Shown here piece after piece: positions 1 to 9,530 of a DNA stretch of 64,000 nt. The position numbers and the translations under genes were made by a program. Under the pieces are notes generated by a model. It was not told the origin of the DNA, searched no databases, and saw only the letters and a program-made list of their open reading frames with translations. This stretch comes from Candidatus Poribacteria bacterium. Lineage in GTDB: Bacteria; Poribacteria; WGA-4E; JAJDTR01. Each line of letters opens with the position of its first letter. Position 1 is the stretch's first letter. The DNA is taken from positions 4,680,643 through 4,744,642 of the forward strand of contig CBDCTK010000002.1 of assembly GCA_965222225.1 (NCBI GenBank), read 5' to 3'.

Positions 1-331
1 CAAAAGGAAGGGATGGGCTGTTGGGCGCTACGGAATCGTCCTACGCACGACCAATGGCGGATTTAAGTGGGAAGCCGAACCGAGTGGCGTAACCTCCAAC
101 CTTTACGACATTGCGGCAGTCTCCAAACAGGATATTTATGCGGTAGGAGCCAAAGGGATGATTCTTCACTCTGCCGACGGTGGAGAAACCTGGAAGCAGC
201 AACATACGGATATTGACAACGACCTTTACACAATTGTTCGCCCGCAAGATAGTGATACTCTTTGGGTTGTTGGTCAGTGGGGAGTAGTGTTGCGCCAAAG
301 AGTTGGCAGTGTTAAAATGTCAATGCGGTGA
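1..331 (+). CDS. C-terminal fragment of a BNR/Ycf48-like beta-propeller repeat protein (5' end outside the window)
   Basis: Reading frame from nt 2 is open to TGA at 329-331. Its translation (…GMILHSADGGETWKQQHTDIDNDLYTIVRPQDSDTLWVVGQWGVVLRQ…) shows the repeated 'hydrophobic-x-S/T-x-DGG-x-TW' BNR/Ycf48-type motif. The antisense ORF 41..298 is judged spurious. Confidence 0.45.
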   Translation, partial: KRKGWAVGRYGIVLRTTNGGFKWEAEPSGVTSNLYDIAAVSKQDIYAVGAKGMILHSADGGETWKQQHTDIDNDLYTIVRPQDSDTLWVVGQWGVVLRQRVGSVKMSMR

Positions 332-590
332 AGAATCAGCACGCATGTGCTGTTATTACCATTGAAGGTTGTTTGCTTAAATGGGTGCCATGAAAGACAG
401 CTTCTTGCATTCACGCAATCGGAGAGCGATTTTCCACTTCACGATATTACAGGGACGATCGTGATGTTGAATTCAACTGGCGTACGCCTAGAGTTGGGTG
501 AGGATGTGAGAAACTCCCGCTGATTGTCCGGGAATACCCATAAGACGCGGAGCACCGTTCAACCCAACCTACGCACTAGGATTCAGAACC

Positions 591-1421
591 GTGGACAAAG
601 AGCAAGCACTTCCCGCCAAACCTCTACCTCGCGATGTCTTGAATGTTGTTTTGAAGGATTTTTGTCAAAACGGCGCAACGATTATCCGAAATGTGCTCTC
701 ACGAGAAGAGTGCGAACGGATAGTCGCGCGTGTTGACGAAATCTTTTCCGAGCCTTACTTCATGCGGATGCGTAATGTCAAAGACACTCGGCAAGATGAC
801 AAAGTTCCTATCGTCGTGCATCGCCTCTTTGAATGCGACCTCATGTTTCGCGATTTGCTGGTGCGTGAGCCGATTATTAGTATTGCCGAAAGCGTTTTAG
901 GTGAGCACTGCCACTGTATTGCTCAAGGTTGTATCCTCAACCGAAAAGACTTAGGTATCAACCGATTTCATGTTGACGATGGTATAGAATTTCCTATCAC
1001 ACCTGAGATGGAACGGCACGACCCAAGGCTGCGGATGCCTGTGCTCCGTATGTCCGTGCAAATTGCCCTGACCGATCAGGATGATGTCAAATACGGTCCA
1101 TCCCAATTCGTTCCGGGTAGCCACTACTCCGGAAGGCAACCCGATGGGCCGGAGTTTCCAACCTTTGATGGCAAAGAGCCTATCTCACTCCTCATGAAAG
1201 CTGGGGACCTTTATCTGCTCAATGGACAAACATGGCATCGAGGCGCGCCAAACCAGACCAATCGGGTTCGCTATCTGTTCCACCAAGTCTATGGACAACG
1301 CTTCGTCGCGCAGCGGTTTTGGCCCTACTTAAATTACCGTATGTCCGACCACGTCTTGGAAGGTGCCGATGAACGTCTGCTGCGTGTCCTTGGAAAACAT
1401 CCGGAAATGGCTTATGGTTGA
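591..1421 (+). CDS. Phytanoyl-CoA dioxygenase (PhyH) family Fe(II)/2-oxoglutarate-dependent dioxygenase
   Basis: 276-aa ORF whose length and motif arrangement match the PhyH family as I recall it. It has His/Asp metal-ligand context (…FHVDDGIEF…) and a C-terminal …TWHRGAPNQTNRVRYLFHQVY… block (distal His plus Arg for 2OG). The start is probably GTG at 591. Confidence 0.75.
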   Translation: MDKEQALPAKPLPRDVLNVVLKDFCQNGATIIRNVLSREECERIVARVDEIFSEPYFMRMRNVKDTRQDDKVPIVVHRLFECDLMFRDLLVREPIISIAESVLGEHCHCIAQGCILNRKDLGINRFHVDDGIEFPITPEMERHDPRLRMPVLRMSVQIALTDQDDVKYGPSQFVPGSHYSGRQPDGPEFPTFDGKEPISLLMKAGDLYLLNGQTWHRGAPNQTNRVRYLFHQVYGQRFVAQRFWPYLNYRMSDHVLEGADERLLRVLGKHPEMAYG

Positions 1422-1610
1422 TATACGCTGTCGTTCGCGGCGAATCTGATAAATTCAATTAAAACCTCCCCGCAATTTCGTACATGTACGGAGCATACAG
1501 GTGTAGGTCTTCTACTATTAATTTCACAAGAAATCTAAGATGAATCGTGAAGTTGTCTAGTGTTGAGCGTTAAACCGAGCAAAATCTTAGAGTAATCTGC
1601 ATACCCGAGA

Positions 1611-2582
1611 ATGAAATCAAGAGCCAAATTGAGCGGAGCACTAATAGTTTCGATACTGTTGCATGCAATTGTTGGCGCAATAGGATTTTACTTTTGGATT
1701 GATTCAGGCCCTGCCAATCAGCAAGACTCCATCAGCGCGGTCTTTATGAAGGTTGATAAGCCGAAACTTAAGCGCAAGACCGCCCCAAAACGAGCGCGCA
1801 TTCGCAAGAGAACCTCCGACCAAACTAACTCACCTAGACTCAAGGTGCTGACTAGCAATGCCCCAGTGACCTCGCGCGGGGTTGTTTCAGCAACAACGCC
1901 GACAGAATTTAGCGCAACAGGATCGTTAGACCTCAGTGACGGCATGGGTTTAGACACAAACAGTGTTGAATTCAATCAGGGTACACCACAGATTGGACGA
2001 GTGATCGAGAATTCGGTTGGGCGAATGCCGAACAAAGATGCCCGTCTTAAGAGCCGCCTAGTCAAATTTATCGAAAGACAAGAAGGGCCTCAACAGATCG
2101 CATATTGCGTGGATTTATCGTCTAGTATGCTGGGATTGACGCCACGAAAACTGAAAAAGATACTGTCTATCATGCAGGATTCGCTCACATTTCTTGAACC
2201 TCATGACCGATTCAACATCATCACATTCGGCAGCGAAATTAACTTCCTTCGTGATGAGTTCATACCTGTAACCGACGATGGGGTTTTGGAAGGAACATCT
2301 TACTTCGAGACGCTATCACCCAGAAAAAGTGACACGTATGCCGACAAGGATATGATTGAGGCAATTCAAGAGATTCAGAAAATACCCCACACCGTTGTTG
2401 TTCTATTTAGTGACGGAATCTTGACTTCCGGTGTTCCAGATCCGAATAAGATTCGGCAAACAGCGGCTGCGAGTGCACGAATCTTTACGATGGGAATCGA
2501 AATGCCGGAAGACTTTCCGGGTGCCGTTATGCTTTCCATGCTCGCAGCTGACAGTGACGGAGAATTCTGGTTGGTTGACTAA
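1611..2582 (+). CDS. Membrane-anchored von Willebrand factor A (vWA) domain protein
   Basis: N-terminal single transmembrane helix (LSGALIVSILLHAIVGAIGFYFWI). It is followed by a Lys/Arg/Pro-rich linker and then a vWA fold with the MIDAS motif D-x-S-x-S (CVDLSSSM) and a downstream conserved T/D (…IITFGSE…, …VLFSDGILT…). Confidence 0.7.
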   Translation: MKSRAKLSGALIVSILLHAIVGAIGFYFWIDSGPANQQDSISAVFMKVDKPKLKRKTAPKRARIRKRTSDQTNSPRLKVLTSNAPVTSRGVVSATTPTEFSATGSLDLSDGMGLDTNSVEFNQGTPQIGRVIENSVGRMPNKDARLKSRLVKFIERQEGPQQIAYCVDLSSSMLGLTPRKLKKILSIMQDSLTFLEPHDRFNIITFGSEINFLRDEFIPVTDDGVLEGTSYFETLSPRKSDTYADKDMIEAIQEIQKIPHTVVVLFSDGILTSGVPDPNKIRQTAAASARIFTMGIEMPEDFPGAVMLSMLAADSDGEFWLVD

Positions 2583-2968
2583 AAACCGAACTGCTACTTG
2601 TCCTTTGATGATTGTATAATCATCCGCCTTCAAAATCCGTCAGACGCCAAATCCTCCTAGTTCATATTTATCATGCGAACACCGTTCATATCCGCTTGAA
2701 CGCTTGAACCGAGGATTTCCTTTCTACTGAGCGTCAGCTGCACATTGTATGACTCCAATACCGAGTTTCGCGACCGCAGCTATGTGTAAAGTACCGCTTG
2801 CCTTCTGACACGAGATGCGTTATACTTTCAAACGTAGGAGAAAGCCCGCTAAAATGGCAGTCTACAAACGAGCATACGCACCGTCAGTACAAGTTTCAAT
2901 AATCTCTAGATGCGCGTTGACATCGCCTACCTACATATGTCGGCACATATTTAATAAGGAGAGTGAAA

Positions 2969-3628
2969 ATGCCACTAAGAATCAACGGCGAAGCCCCGAA
3001 CTTTACAGCCAAGACCACTCAAGGCACTATAGATTTTCATGAATGGATTGGGGACGGTTGGGCAGTGCTGTTTTCCCATCCGAAAGACTTTACCCCGGTT
3101 TGCACAACCGAGTTGGGATATATGGCGGGTCTGGCGTCTGAATTCGCAAAGCGTAACTGCAAGATTATCGGTCTTAGCGTCGACCCCGTGGAAGACCACG
3201 TAGAATGGTCAAAGGACATTGAAGAAACACAAGGACACGCCGTCACCTATCCAATGATTGGGGACACGGATTTGGCAGTAGCTAAACTGTATAATATGTT
3301 ACCTGCCGATGAACCTGGGACATCAGAAGGACGCACGGCTGTCAACAATGCGACGGTGCGCTCCGTATTTGTGATTGGCCCGGACAAAACAATCAAACTC
3401 ATGCTGACGTATCCAATGACCACCGGGCGTAACTTTGACGAAATCCTCCGTGTCCTTGACTCAATGCAGTTAACGGCGAATCGTAAAGTTGCAACGCCGG
3501 CGAACTGGGAAATGGGTGACGATGTGATTATCGTGCCGGCTGTATCCGACGAGGAAGCAAAGGAAGTATATCCCGATGGGTGGAAGACTGTTAAGCCTTA
3601 TTTGCGTATGGTTTCTCAACCTGATTAG
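2969..3628 (+). CDS. Peroxiredoxin (1-Cys/Prx6-like thiol peroxidase)
   Basis: Peroxidatic Cys motif DFTPVCTTELG and the conserved W/R context (…VDPVEDHVEWSKDI…). The AAGGAG RBS sits 8 nt upstream of ATG 2969; the ORF track starts 6 nt earlier at a GTG. Confidence 0.85.
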   Translation: MPLRINGEAPNFTAKTTQGTIDFHEWIGDGWAVLFSHPKDFTPVCTTELGYMAGLASEFAKRNCKIIGLSVDPVEDHVEWSKDIEETQGHAVTYPMIGDTDLAVAKLYNMLPADEPGTSEGRTAVNNATVRSVFVIGPDKTIKLMLTYPMTTGRNFDEILRVLDSMQLTANRKVATPANWEMGDDVIIVPAVSDEEAKEVYPDGWKTVKPYLRMVSQPD

Positions 3629-3836
3629 ACAAACCAGCTAATACGCTTTCTTGCGAATTGAATGTGTTTCAATTGCGTCGGACCATACGCTAAAACTTGT
3701 CCATGGGTTAGTCAAGAAAAGGGGACGAAGAGTTGATTGTCCTCTTTTCGCCTAGCCGATGATTTAGCTCATCCTCAATGCCAAGTTTTGCACCGAAATT
3801 CTTGATGTTTCAATTTAAGGCAAAGCTTTTTATTGC

Positions 3837-4679
3837 ATGCACTATCTCACCCGCCAAGTAGCATTCGAGGCCTCACACGCTCTTCGCATCCCCGAACTTA
3901 GCGATAAAGAAAATTACGAGTTGTTTGGCCCCGCCGCCAACGACCATGGCCACAACTATGTTGTGGAAGTGACGATCAAGGGAATGGTTTCTGACAATGA
4001 TGGGATGGTCATCAATCTCGCGGATCTTGACCAACTCCTTAGGGATAAGGTTCTCACTCATTACGATCATAAATATATAAACCTCCAACATCCGGTATTT
4101 GCAAACGATTCGCATCTACAACCTACTGCCGAAAACATAGCAATTGAGGTATGGAACACGTTTGAGTCACGTTCACAATCGACTAACTTGCACCGCGTTC
4201 GAATCTACGAAGATACGGCTCTGTTTGCCGACTATTTTGGAGAGAAACGGATGGTTTATCTCACCAAAGTTTATGAATTTAGCGCATCGCATCGTTTACA
4301 CAGCCAACTCCTGAGTGATGACGAGAATCGGAAAACATTTGGCAAGTGTAACAATCCACATGGGCATGGCCACAACTATGTTCTTGAGGTCATGATTAAG
4401 GGAGAGGCTCACCCCAAAACAGGAATGGTTGTTGACTCCGGATTCCTTGATGAATTTGTTAAAAAACAGATTCATGCGCGATTCGACCATAGACATCTGA
4501 ACCTTGACACACCCGAATTCGAGGCTCTTAATCCAACCTCCGAGAACTTTGTGAAGGTGATTTGGAATCTTCTTGAAGAACCCTTAAAACCCATTATCTT
4601 GCATAGGCTTCGATTGAAAGAAACGCCTAGGAATCATTTTGACTATTACGGCGAATCGCCAGAGGTTGATTGTCCATGA
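3837..4679 (+). CDS. Tandem-duplicated 6-pyruvoyl-tetrahydropterin synthase (PTPS/QueD fold), two domains in one 280-aa protein
   Basis: Second half carries the eukaryote-type PTPS active-site block [18 protein letters not shown] (Cys plus Zn-binding His triad). The first half has a degenerate copy, [13 protein letters not shown], where the Cys is replaced by Ala. Both halves share the N-terminal …F-x-A-[AS]-H-x-L motif (FEASHALR / FSASHRLH). Confidence 0.8.
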   Translation: MHYLTRQVAFEASHALRIPELSDKENYELFGPAANDHGHNYVVEVTIKGMVSDNDGMVINLADLDQLLRDKVLTHYDHKYINLQHPVFANDSHLQPTAENIAIEVWNTFESRSQSTNLHRVRIYEDTALFADYFGEKRMVYLTKVYEFSASHRLHSQLLSDDENRKTFGKCNNPHGHGHNYVLEVMIKGEAHPKTGMVVDSGFLDEFVKKQIHARFDHRHLNLDTPEFEALNPTSENFVKVIWNLLEEPLKPIILHRLRLKETPRNHFDYYGESPEVDCP

Positions 4680-5371
4680 ATGATACTACAGAAACAGAAT
4701 TCACGTCGGAACCTGAAGCCCTTGATGCTAAGGAGGCTGCGTCACAAGCCGCCGAACATCGGGCAATGCACCACCCGTATGCCAGCGCATCGGTCGAAGA
4801 TGAATTCGCTTTGGCGAATCCCCAACTGGAAAACATTTACGCAAATATCTTGATGCAGATCGGCGAGGATCCCTCGCGAGGTGGGCTCATCAGAACTCCC
4901 CGTCGCGCATCTACGGCACTTTCCTTTCTGACCCAGGGGTATCATCAAGATTTTAAGGAGATTTTGAATGGCGCCATTTTCAATGAAGACTACGACGACA
5001 TGGTCATCGTAAAAAACATTGAGTTCTACAGTTTGTGCGAACACCATATACTTCCGTTTTTTGGCAACTGCCATGTGGGCTATATCCCCAGCGGAAAGAT
5101 TATCGGTCTAAGCAAAATACCTCGAATTGTGGATATGTTTGCTCGCCGGTTGCAGGTACAAGAACGTTTGACTGACCAGATTGCCAAGACGTTAGATGAA
5201 GCACTTCAACCGCTCGGAGTTGCAGTAGTCATTGAGGCGCAACATATGTGTATGATGATTCGTGGTGTCGAGAAACAGAATTCCAAGACAATAACAAACG
5301 TTATGTTAGGGGCATTCAGAGATAAAGATTCAACACGGTCAGAATTTATGCAAAGCTGCCAGTCGACATGA
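4676..5371 (+). CDS. folE: GTP cyclohydrolase I
   Basis: Conserved FolE core (…[57 protein letters not shown]…, Zn-binding CEHH…C). ATG 4676 overlaps the PTPS stop (ATGA), implying translational coupling. The ORF track starts at an upstream TTG. Confidence 0.9.
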   Translation: MNDTTETEFTSEPEALDAKEAASQAAEHRAMHHPYASASVEDEFALANPQLENIYANILMQIGEDPSRGGLIRTPRRASTALSFLTQGYHQDFKEILNGAIFNEDYDDMVIVKNIEFYSLCEHHILPFFGNCHVGYIPSGKIIGLSKIPRIVDMFARRLQVQERLTDQIAKTLDEALQPLGVAVVIEAQHMCMMIRGVEKQNSKTITNVMLGAFRDKDSTRSEFMQSCQST

Positions 5372-5522
5372 ATTCTAGCCGAAATCCTTGAGGCGAACTC
5401 GTACCCCTTAATATTGCGCCGAATACGGTATCGCGATGAATTCAACTACGCGAAGATGGGCTGGCGAACACACTTGATTTCACGAATCATGACGCGTAGT
5501 ATGCGCGGCAAGTCGATCGTCC

Positions 5523-6248
5523 ATGGATGAACAGACACTAAAGAATCAAGTTGCAATTGTTACCGGCGCATCCCGCGGTATTGGTGCCGAGACCGCGATT
5601 GCATTTGGCAAAGTTGGGGCGAAAGTTATATTGGCTGCACGGACAAAGCCTGATGTAGAAGCGATTGCTCACCGCATCCGCGAGAATGGGGGTGAGGCGC
5701 TGGCAGTGACTGTTGATGTTACTCAGTCAAAACAGGTTGAGCGGTTAATACACTCAGCTGTCGAACGTTACGGTCAAATTGATATTTTGGTGAATAATGC
5801 CGGGCAGGGTAAGTTTGGGAAGGTTATGGAGTTCGAGTTGGCTAGCTGGGACACCGTGATTGAGTCAAATCTCACTAGTCTCTTTCTCTGCTCGAAATGT
5901 GTTCTTGGACCGATGCTCAGCCGCAAATCCGGGCAAATTATCAATGTTTTGTCCGTGGCTGCAAAAATCACCTTTAGCGCTGCAGGTGCTTATTGTGCGG
6001 CTAAAGCAGGTGCCTTGGCTTTGACTAGAGTCTTATCGGAAGAAGTGCGCGGGGAAAACATCCGGGTGACAGCAGTGTTACCGGGAGCCACTCACACGTC
6101 GTTTTGGGACGGGATGGATCAACATCCGGATTTCGACCAGATGTTGAAGCCAACGCACATAGCAGCGGCAATTCTGTCAGTTGCGAAGCAACCCTTGGGT
6201 ATGGTTATCGAGGAAATAAAAGTAACGCCACCGCTCGGCATCTTGTAA
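5523..6248 (+). CDS. Classical short-chain dehydrogenase/reductase (SDR); candidate sepiapterin/pterin reductase given its neighbours
   Basis: TGASRGIG cofactor motif, NNAG, and the catalytic Y-x-x-x-K (…AYCAAK…). It sits immediately downstream of PTPS-folE on the same strand. Confidence 0.8.
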   Translation: MDEQTLKNQVAIVTGASRGIGAETAIAFGKVGAKVILAARTKPDVEAIAHRIRENGGEALAVTVDVTQSKQVERLIHSAVERYGQIDILVNNAGQGKFGKVMEFELASWDTVIESNLTSLFLCSKCVLGPMLSRKSGQIINVLSVAAKITFSAAGAYCAAKAGALALTRVLSEEVRGENIRVTAVLPGATHTSFWDGMDQHPDFDQMLKPTHIAAAILSVAKQPLGMVIEEIKVTPPLGIL

Positions 6249-6288
6249 TTATGGCCGTTTGTGCGCTGAGCACAACTTGCCCTAAACC

Positions 6289-7713
6289 TTATCTCTGGGA
6301 TTCAGATTTCCCGAAGTTTCCCGCTTTGCAGCGTATCCGAACTTTCCGGATGCGACGTGAGTCAGCGTCCGAAATCGTGATAACCAAATCATCCGATTCG
6401 ATTTTGACACCCGGTTTTGGAATGCTCCCCGTTCGATCAAGAATGTAACCCGCTACGGTCTCGTAATCTCCTGGCGGGATTGGCACCCCATACTGGTCCG
6501 ACAGAACACCAATTTCTGTTCGCCCATCGCATTCCAATAGACGCGGGCTAATCACGTGGAGAATCTCGGGTTCGTCCCGTTGGTCGCGTTCATCGAACAT
6601 TTCGCCTACGATTTCCTCGACCAAATCTTCCACGGTGCTTAATCCCACAATCCCTCCATATTCATCCACGACGAACACCATAGTATGATGGCTCTGCTGA
6701 ATTTCCTTAAGAAGGACATTTGTAGGCTTTGATGCCGGAACAAATTGGAGATCGGGTCGAATAAACGATTCAAGTTTTTGGGAGTTGTCATTCGAATAAA
6801 TAACGTCGAGCAGGTGAACAATCCCGATAATGTTGTTGACTTGATCTTCATAAACGGGTATACGAGAAAAGCCCGCTTCTGCCGCGATTTTCAAGAAGGT
6901 GTCAACGTCTATGTCTTTATCAACGGCAACAATGTCAACCAAAGGTACCATTACCTGCTCCACAGTGCGATTGTGAAGATTGAGAACACTGTGAATCATT
7001 CGTCGTTGGTCTTCCAAGATTCCACCGGATTGTTCTCCCATCGATGCTAACAGTCGCAATTCGTCACGTTGGGCATCGGGTGAAGCCGGAGCCGTTTGTC
7101 TTTCCCCCATTCGGACAAGGAAGCTAGTCAGGTACGTTATCCCATTAACGATTGGACGTAAGATGATATTGGACATTCTCAACGGAACTGCATAGCGTAG
7201 CGCGAGGGAGTTGGCTTTCACCCGAGAAATTGTCTTCGGTAGAAGTTCGCCGAATACCAAGATTATCGCGGTGGTAATTAAGGTTGCCGCTGCCTGTTCG
7301 TTTGTCCGCAATTTCGTTACTACTGTCTGGGTTATTGTAGACATCTGCAGCAGTGCAATTACAAATAACAACCCCATCTGAGATGCCAATACATTCGCGA
7401 TATTAGTGCCGACCAACGTCATCCCAAGAGTCTTCTCAGGTGTATCAACCAGTTTCTTCACAATCTGGGCTCTCTTATTCCCCTGTTCGGCGAGCTGATA
7501 TATCTTAAGTCTATCAAGAGAAACTGTCGCCGTCTCTGAACCCGAATAGAAAGCTGATAGAACAACAAAAAATATCAGACCACCCAAGAGAAAAACGAAT
7601 CGGAGGAGGTTATTTTCCAATGCCGCCTCTAGCCCGCCAGGACCAGTCGCGCCAGCCAGAAATAAGCAACAAACCAAGATGAAGGCAATTCTAAAAATAT
7701 TAACTCGACTCAT
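6289..7713 (-). CDS. CNNM/CorC-HlyC family transporter (DUF21 membrane domain + CBS pair + CorC_HlyC C-terminal domain)
   Basis: Four predicted N-terminal TM helices typical of DUF21, a central CBS-pair region, and a C-terminal CorC_HlyC-like block (…GDYETVAGYILDRTGSIPKPGVKIESDDLVITISDADSRRIRKVRIR…). Confidence 0.8.
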   Translation of the reverse strand: MSRVNIFRIAFILVCCLFLAGATGPGGLEAALENNLLRFVFLLGGLIFFVVLSAFYSGSETATVSLDRLKIYQLAEQGNKRAQIVKKLVDTPEKTLGMTLVGTNIANVLASQMGLLFVIALLQMSTITQTVVTKLRTNEQAAATLITTAIILVFGELLPKTISRVKANSLALRYAVPLRMSNIILRPIVNGITYLTSFLVRMGERQTAPASPDAQRDELRLLASMGEQSGGILEDQRRMIHSVLNLHNRTVEQVMVPLVDIVAVDKDIDVDTFLKIAAEAGFSRIPVYEDQVNNIIGIVHLLDVIYSNDNSQKLESFIRPDLQFVPASKPTNVLLKEIQQSHHTMVFVVDEYGGIVGLSTVEDLVEEIVGEMFDERDQRDEPEILHVISPRLLECDGRTEIGVLSDQYGVPIPPGDYETVAGYILDRTGSIPKPGVKIESDDLVITISDADSRRIRKVRIRCKAGNFGKSESQR

Positions 7714-7822
7714 AGTAGTAACATCTTCGGTGCGGCCAATTCACTCTCTGTGCAAGGACTCTTGAAATCGAATCGTCATAGATATGACAAACGCCGATAT
7801 TGCGTTGGCGTTAATGTTCCGC

Positions 7823-9211
7823 CTACTCGGTGGTTTCTAAAACAGGTTCAGTTTGTTGTGGTAGCGTCATAATTACAACACCAACGAAGTTTCCTTCCAT
7901 CGCGGCAATCTCAAATTGGATACCGTTTTCATCCTGCTCAGACTCTCCAACCGCCGGCACACGACCAAAAAGAGCAAGAACATATCCTCCAATGGTGTCG
8001 GCGATGTCTTCGTCAAGCGTTAGTCGCAATTGTTGGTTTGTAGACTTTACGCTGACTCTGCCGGAAACCTCAATGAGCGAAGGGTCGTCCGGACTTGAGA
8101 TTATGTTAGGAGACTTTAGCGCGGTGTCATGTTCATCGACAATGTCGCCAACCAACTGTTCGAGGATGTCTTCGATTGTGGCAATACCAGAAACACCGCC
8201 GTATTCATCCAAAAGGATTGCCATTTTCGTCTTCTGCCGCGTAAGCTCCAGCAGAAGATCGGCGAGTTTCATCGTTTCAAGAACAAAAACGGGTTGACGT
8301 ACAAGTGTGTTTTCTACCTCAGAACCTGCGAGAAGATGACGTCGGATGAGGAATGTCTCTAAAGTCATCCTCCGGATGTCCACACGCCGCCACAGGGGTA
8401 TGTCCTTGACCTGAAAAACTCCGCATACGTCGTCTATCTGCTTCCGGTAGACCGGGATTCGGGAGAATCCAAACTCTTGGGCTTTCGCCAACGCTTCTTG
8501 GATTGTCGCCGAGATCTCAAGTGCAATCATCTCTGTTCGCGGCTCCATAATTTCTTTAGCTTCGATTGCCCGCAATTCAAGGACATTGCTAAGGATTGTC
8601 CGTTCATCAGCTTGTAGTCCCTTGACATGGTCCATGTCAAGAATGGTCTTGAAGTCGCCAGTGGTCAAGCGTTCTGTTTTTGGGGTATGGCTAGCGCCAA
8701 ACAAAGGCGTTAAGAAATCGACGATAATGCGCAGAAAAGCGCGCAAGGGTGAGATCACTATGGACAAACTCCATAGTGGTCGCGCGATGATGCGGGCAAA
8801 GAACTCCGGATGTCTGATGGCGTGAGTTTTGGGAACAATCTCTCCGAAAATCAATAATGGTGGGACAATCAATACCGTGCCAACAATAAACTCAGCTACA
8901 TGTTGAAGGGTGTGATTGTTGAGTTTCTGGAGGTGTTCAAAAAACGGCAAATCACGAATTAGCCAATAAGCTATCGTTGCAAACGCTACATTGACAAGAG
9001 TGTTGCCGAGTAAGAGAGTGATGAATAAGCGGCGGGGATTATCGACGAAATTGACAATAGCAATGCTATTCTTCCTCTTTTCGGTCCGAAGACGTTCTAC
9101 CTGAACTTTCGTCAGTGCGCATAAAGCGGTCTCTGACCCCGAGAAAAAGCCGGAAAGAAAAAGAAGCAGCCCCAATCCTATCAACTGGGGCAAGGGTTGG
9201 TCAATTTCCAT
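7823..9211 (-). CDS. CNNM/CorC-HlyC family transporter, tandem paralog of the upstream gene
   Basis: Same DUF21 + CBS + CorC_HlyC architecture (…GEIVPKTHAIRHPE…; C-terminal …DTIGGYVLALFGRVPAVGESEQDENGIQFEIAAMEGNFVGVVIMTL…). Confidence 0.8.
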   Translation of the reverse strand: MEIDQPLPQLIGLGLLLFLSGFFSGSETALCALTKVQVERLRTEKRKNSIAIVNFVDNPRRLFITLLLGNTLVNVAFATIAYWLIRDLPFFEHLQKLNNHTLQHVAEFIVGTVLIVPPLLIFGEIVPKTHAIRHPEFFARIIARPLWSLSIVISPLRAFLRIIVDFLTPLFGASHTPKTERLTTGDFKTILDMDHVKGLQADERTILSNVLELRAIEAKEIMEPRTEMIALEISATIQEALAKAQEFGFSRIPVYRKQIDDVCGVFQVKDIPLWRRVDIRRMTLETFLIRRHLLAGSEVENTLVRQPVFVLETMKLADLLLELTRQKTKMAILLDEYGGVSGIATIEDILEQLVGDIVDEHDTALKSPNIISSPDDPSLIEVSGRVSVKSTNQQLRLTLDEDIADTIGGYVLALFGRVPAVGESEQDENGIQFEIAAMEGNFVGVVIMTLPQQTEPVLETTE

Positions 9212-9445
9212 GTTTGATGGATGTCAAAAATGGGCCGGCATATAGAAATGCCGATGATTTGCACGTTCCATGCGGCAGGAATCCCGCGTGCGTCTTAGCG
9301 GAGGACAATCGGGTGCTTGAGGACGCGAATACACGACGTATTCAAACTTGTGAATCCCCAGAGGCACACCCCTCGATTTCGGCAAATCCGCGCTAATTGT
9401 AGCACATCGCCCTGCCAATAACAACAATAATTCGATTATTTAGCA

Positions 9446-9474
9446 TTGACAGTAAAGTAATTTTGTGTTACCCT
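9446..9474 (+). promoter_or_regulatory. Putative sigma-70-type promoter for the Ser/Thr kinase gene (TTGACA-N17-TACCCT)
   Basis: TTGACA at 9446-9451, a 17-nt spacer, and TACCCT at 9469-9474, about 55 nt upstream of ATG 9531. Sequence inspection only. Confidence 0.35.
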
Positions 9475-9530
9475 CTCCTTCGCACGAGAAGAAAATCCGA
9501 GTGCATTCAGTCGGACGAGGAGATATAACT

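Noticed and set aside
41-298. 85-aa minus-strand ORF at the window start
   Set aside because: It lies entirely antisense to a plus-strand frame that encodes recognisable BNR/Ycf48-type repeats up to a stop at 329-331. The plus-strand partial CDS explains the region better.
4670-4675. folE start at 4670 as listed in the ORF track
   Set aside because: Codon 4670-4672 is TTG. ATG 4676 gives MNDTTE…, overlaps the PTPS stop in the common ATGA coupling arrangement, and is the more plausible start.
6481-6500. Sigma-54 promoter (TGGCAC-N5-TTGC) near 6481
   Set aside because: TGGCAC is present (GATTGGCACCCCATACTGG), but the -12 element is ACTGG rather than TTGCA, and the site lies inside the CNNM coding region on the wrong strand context. 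Not supported.
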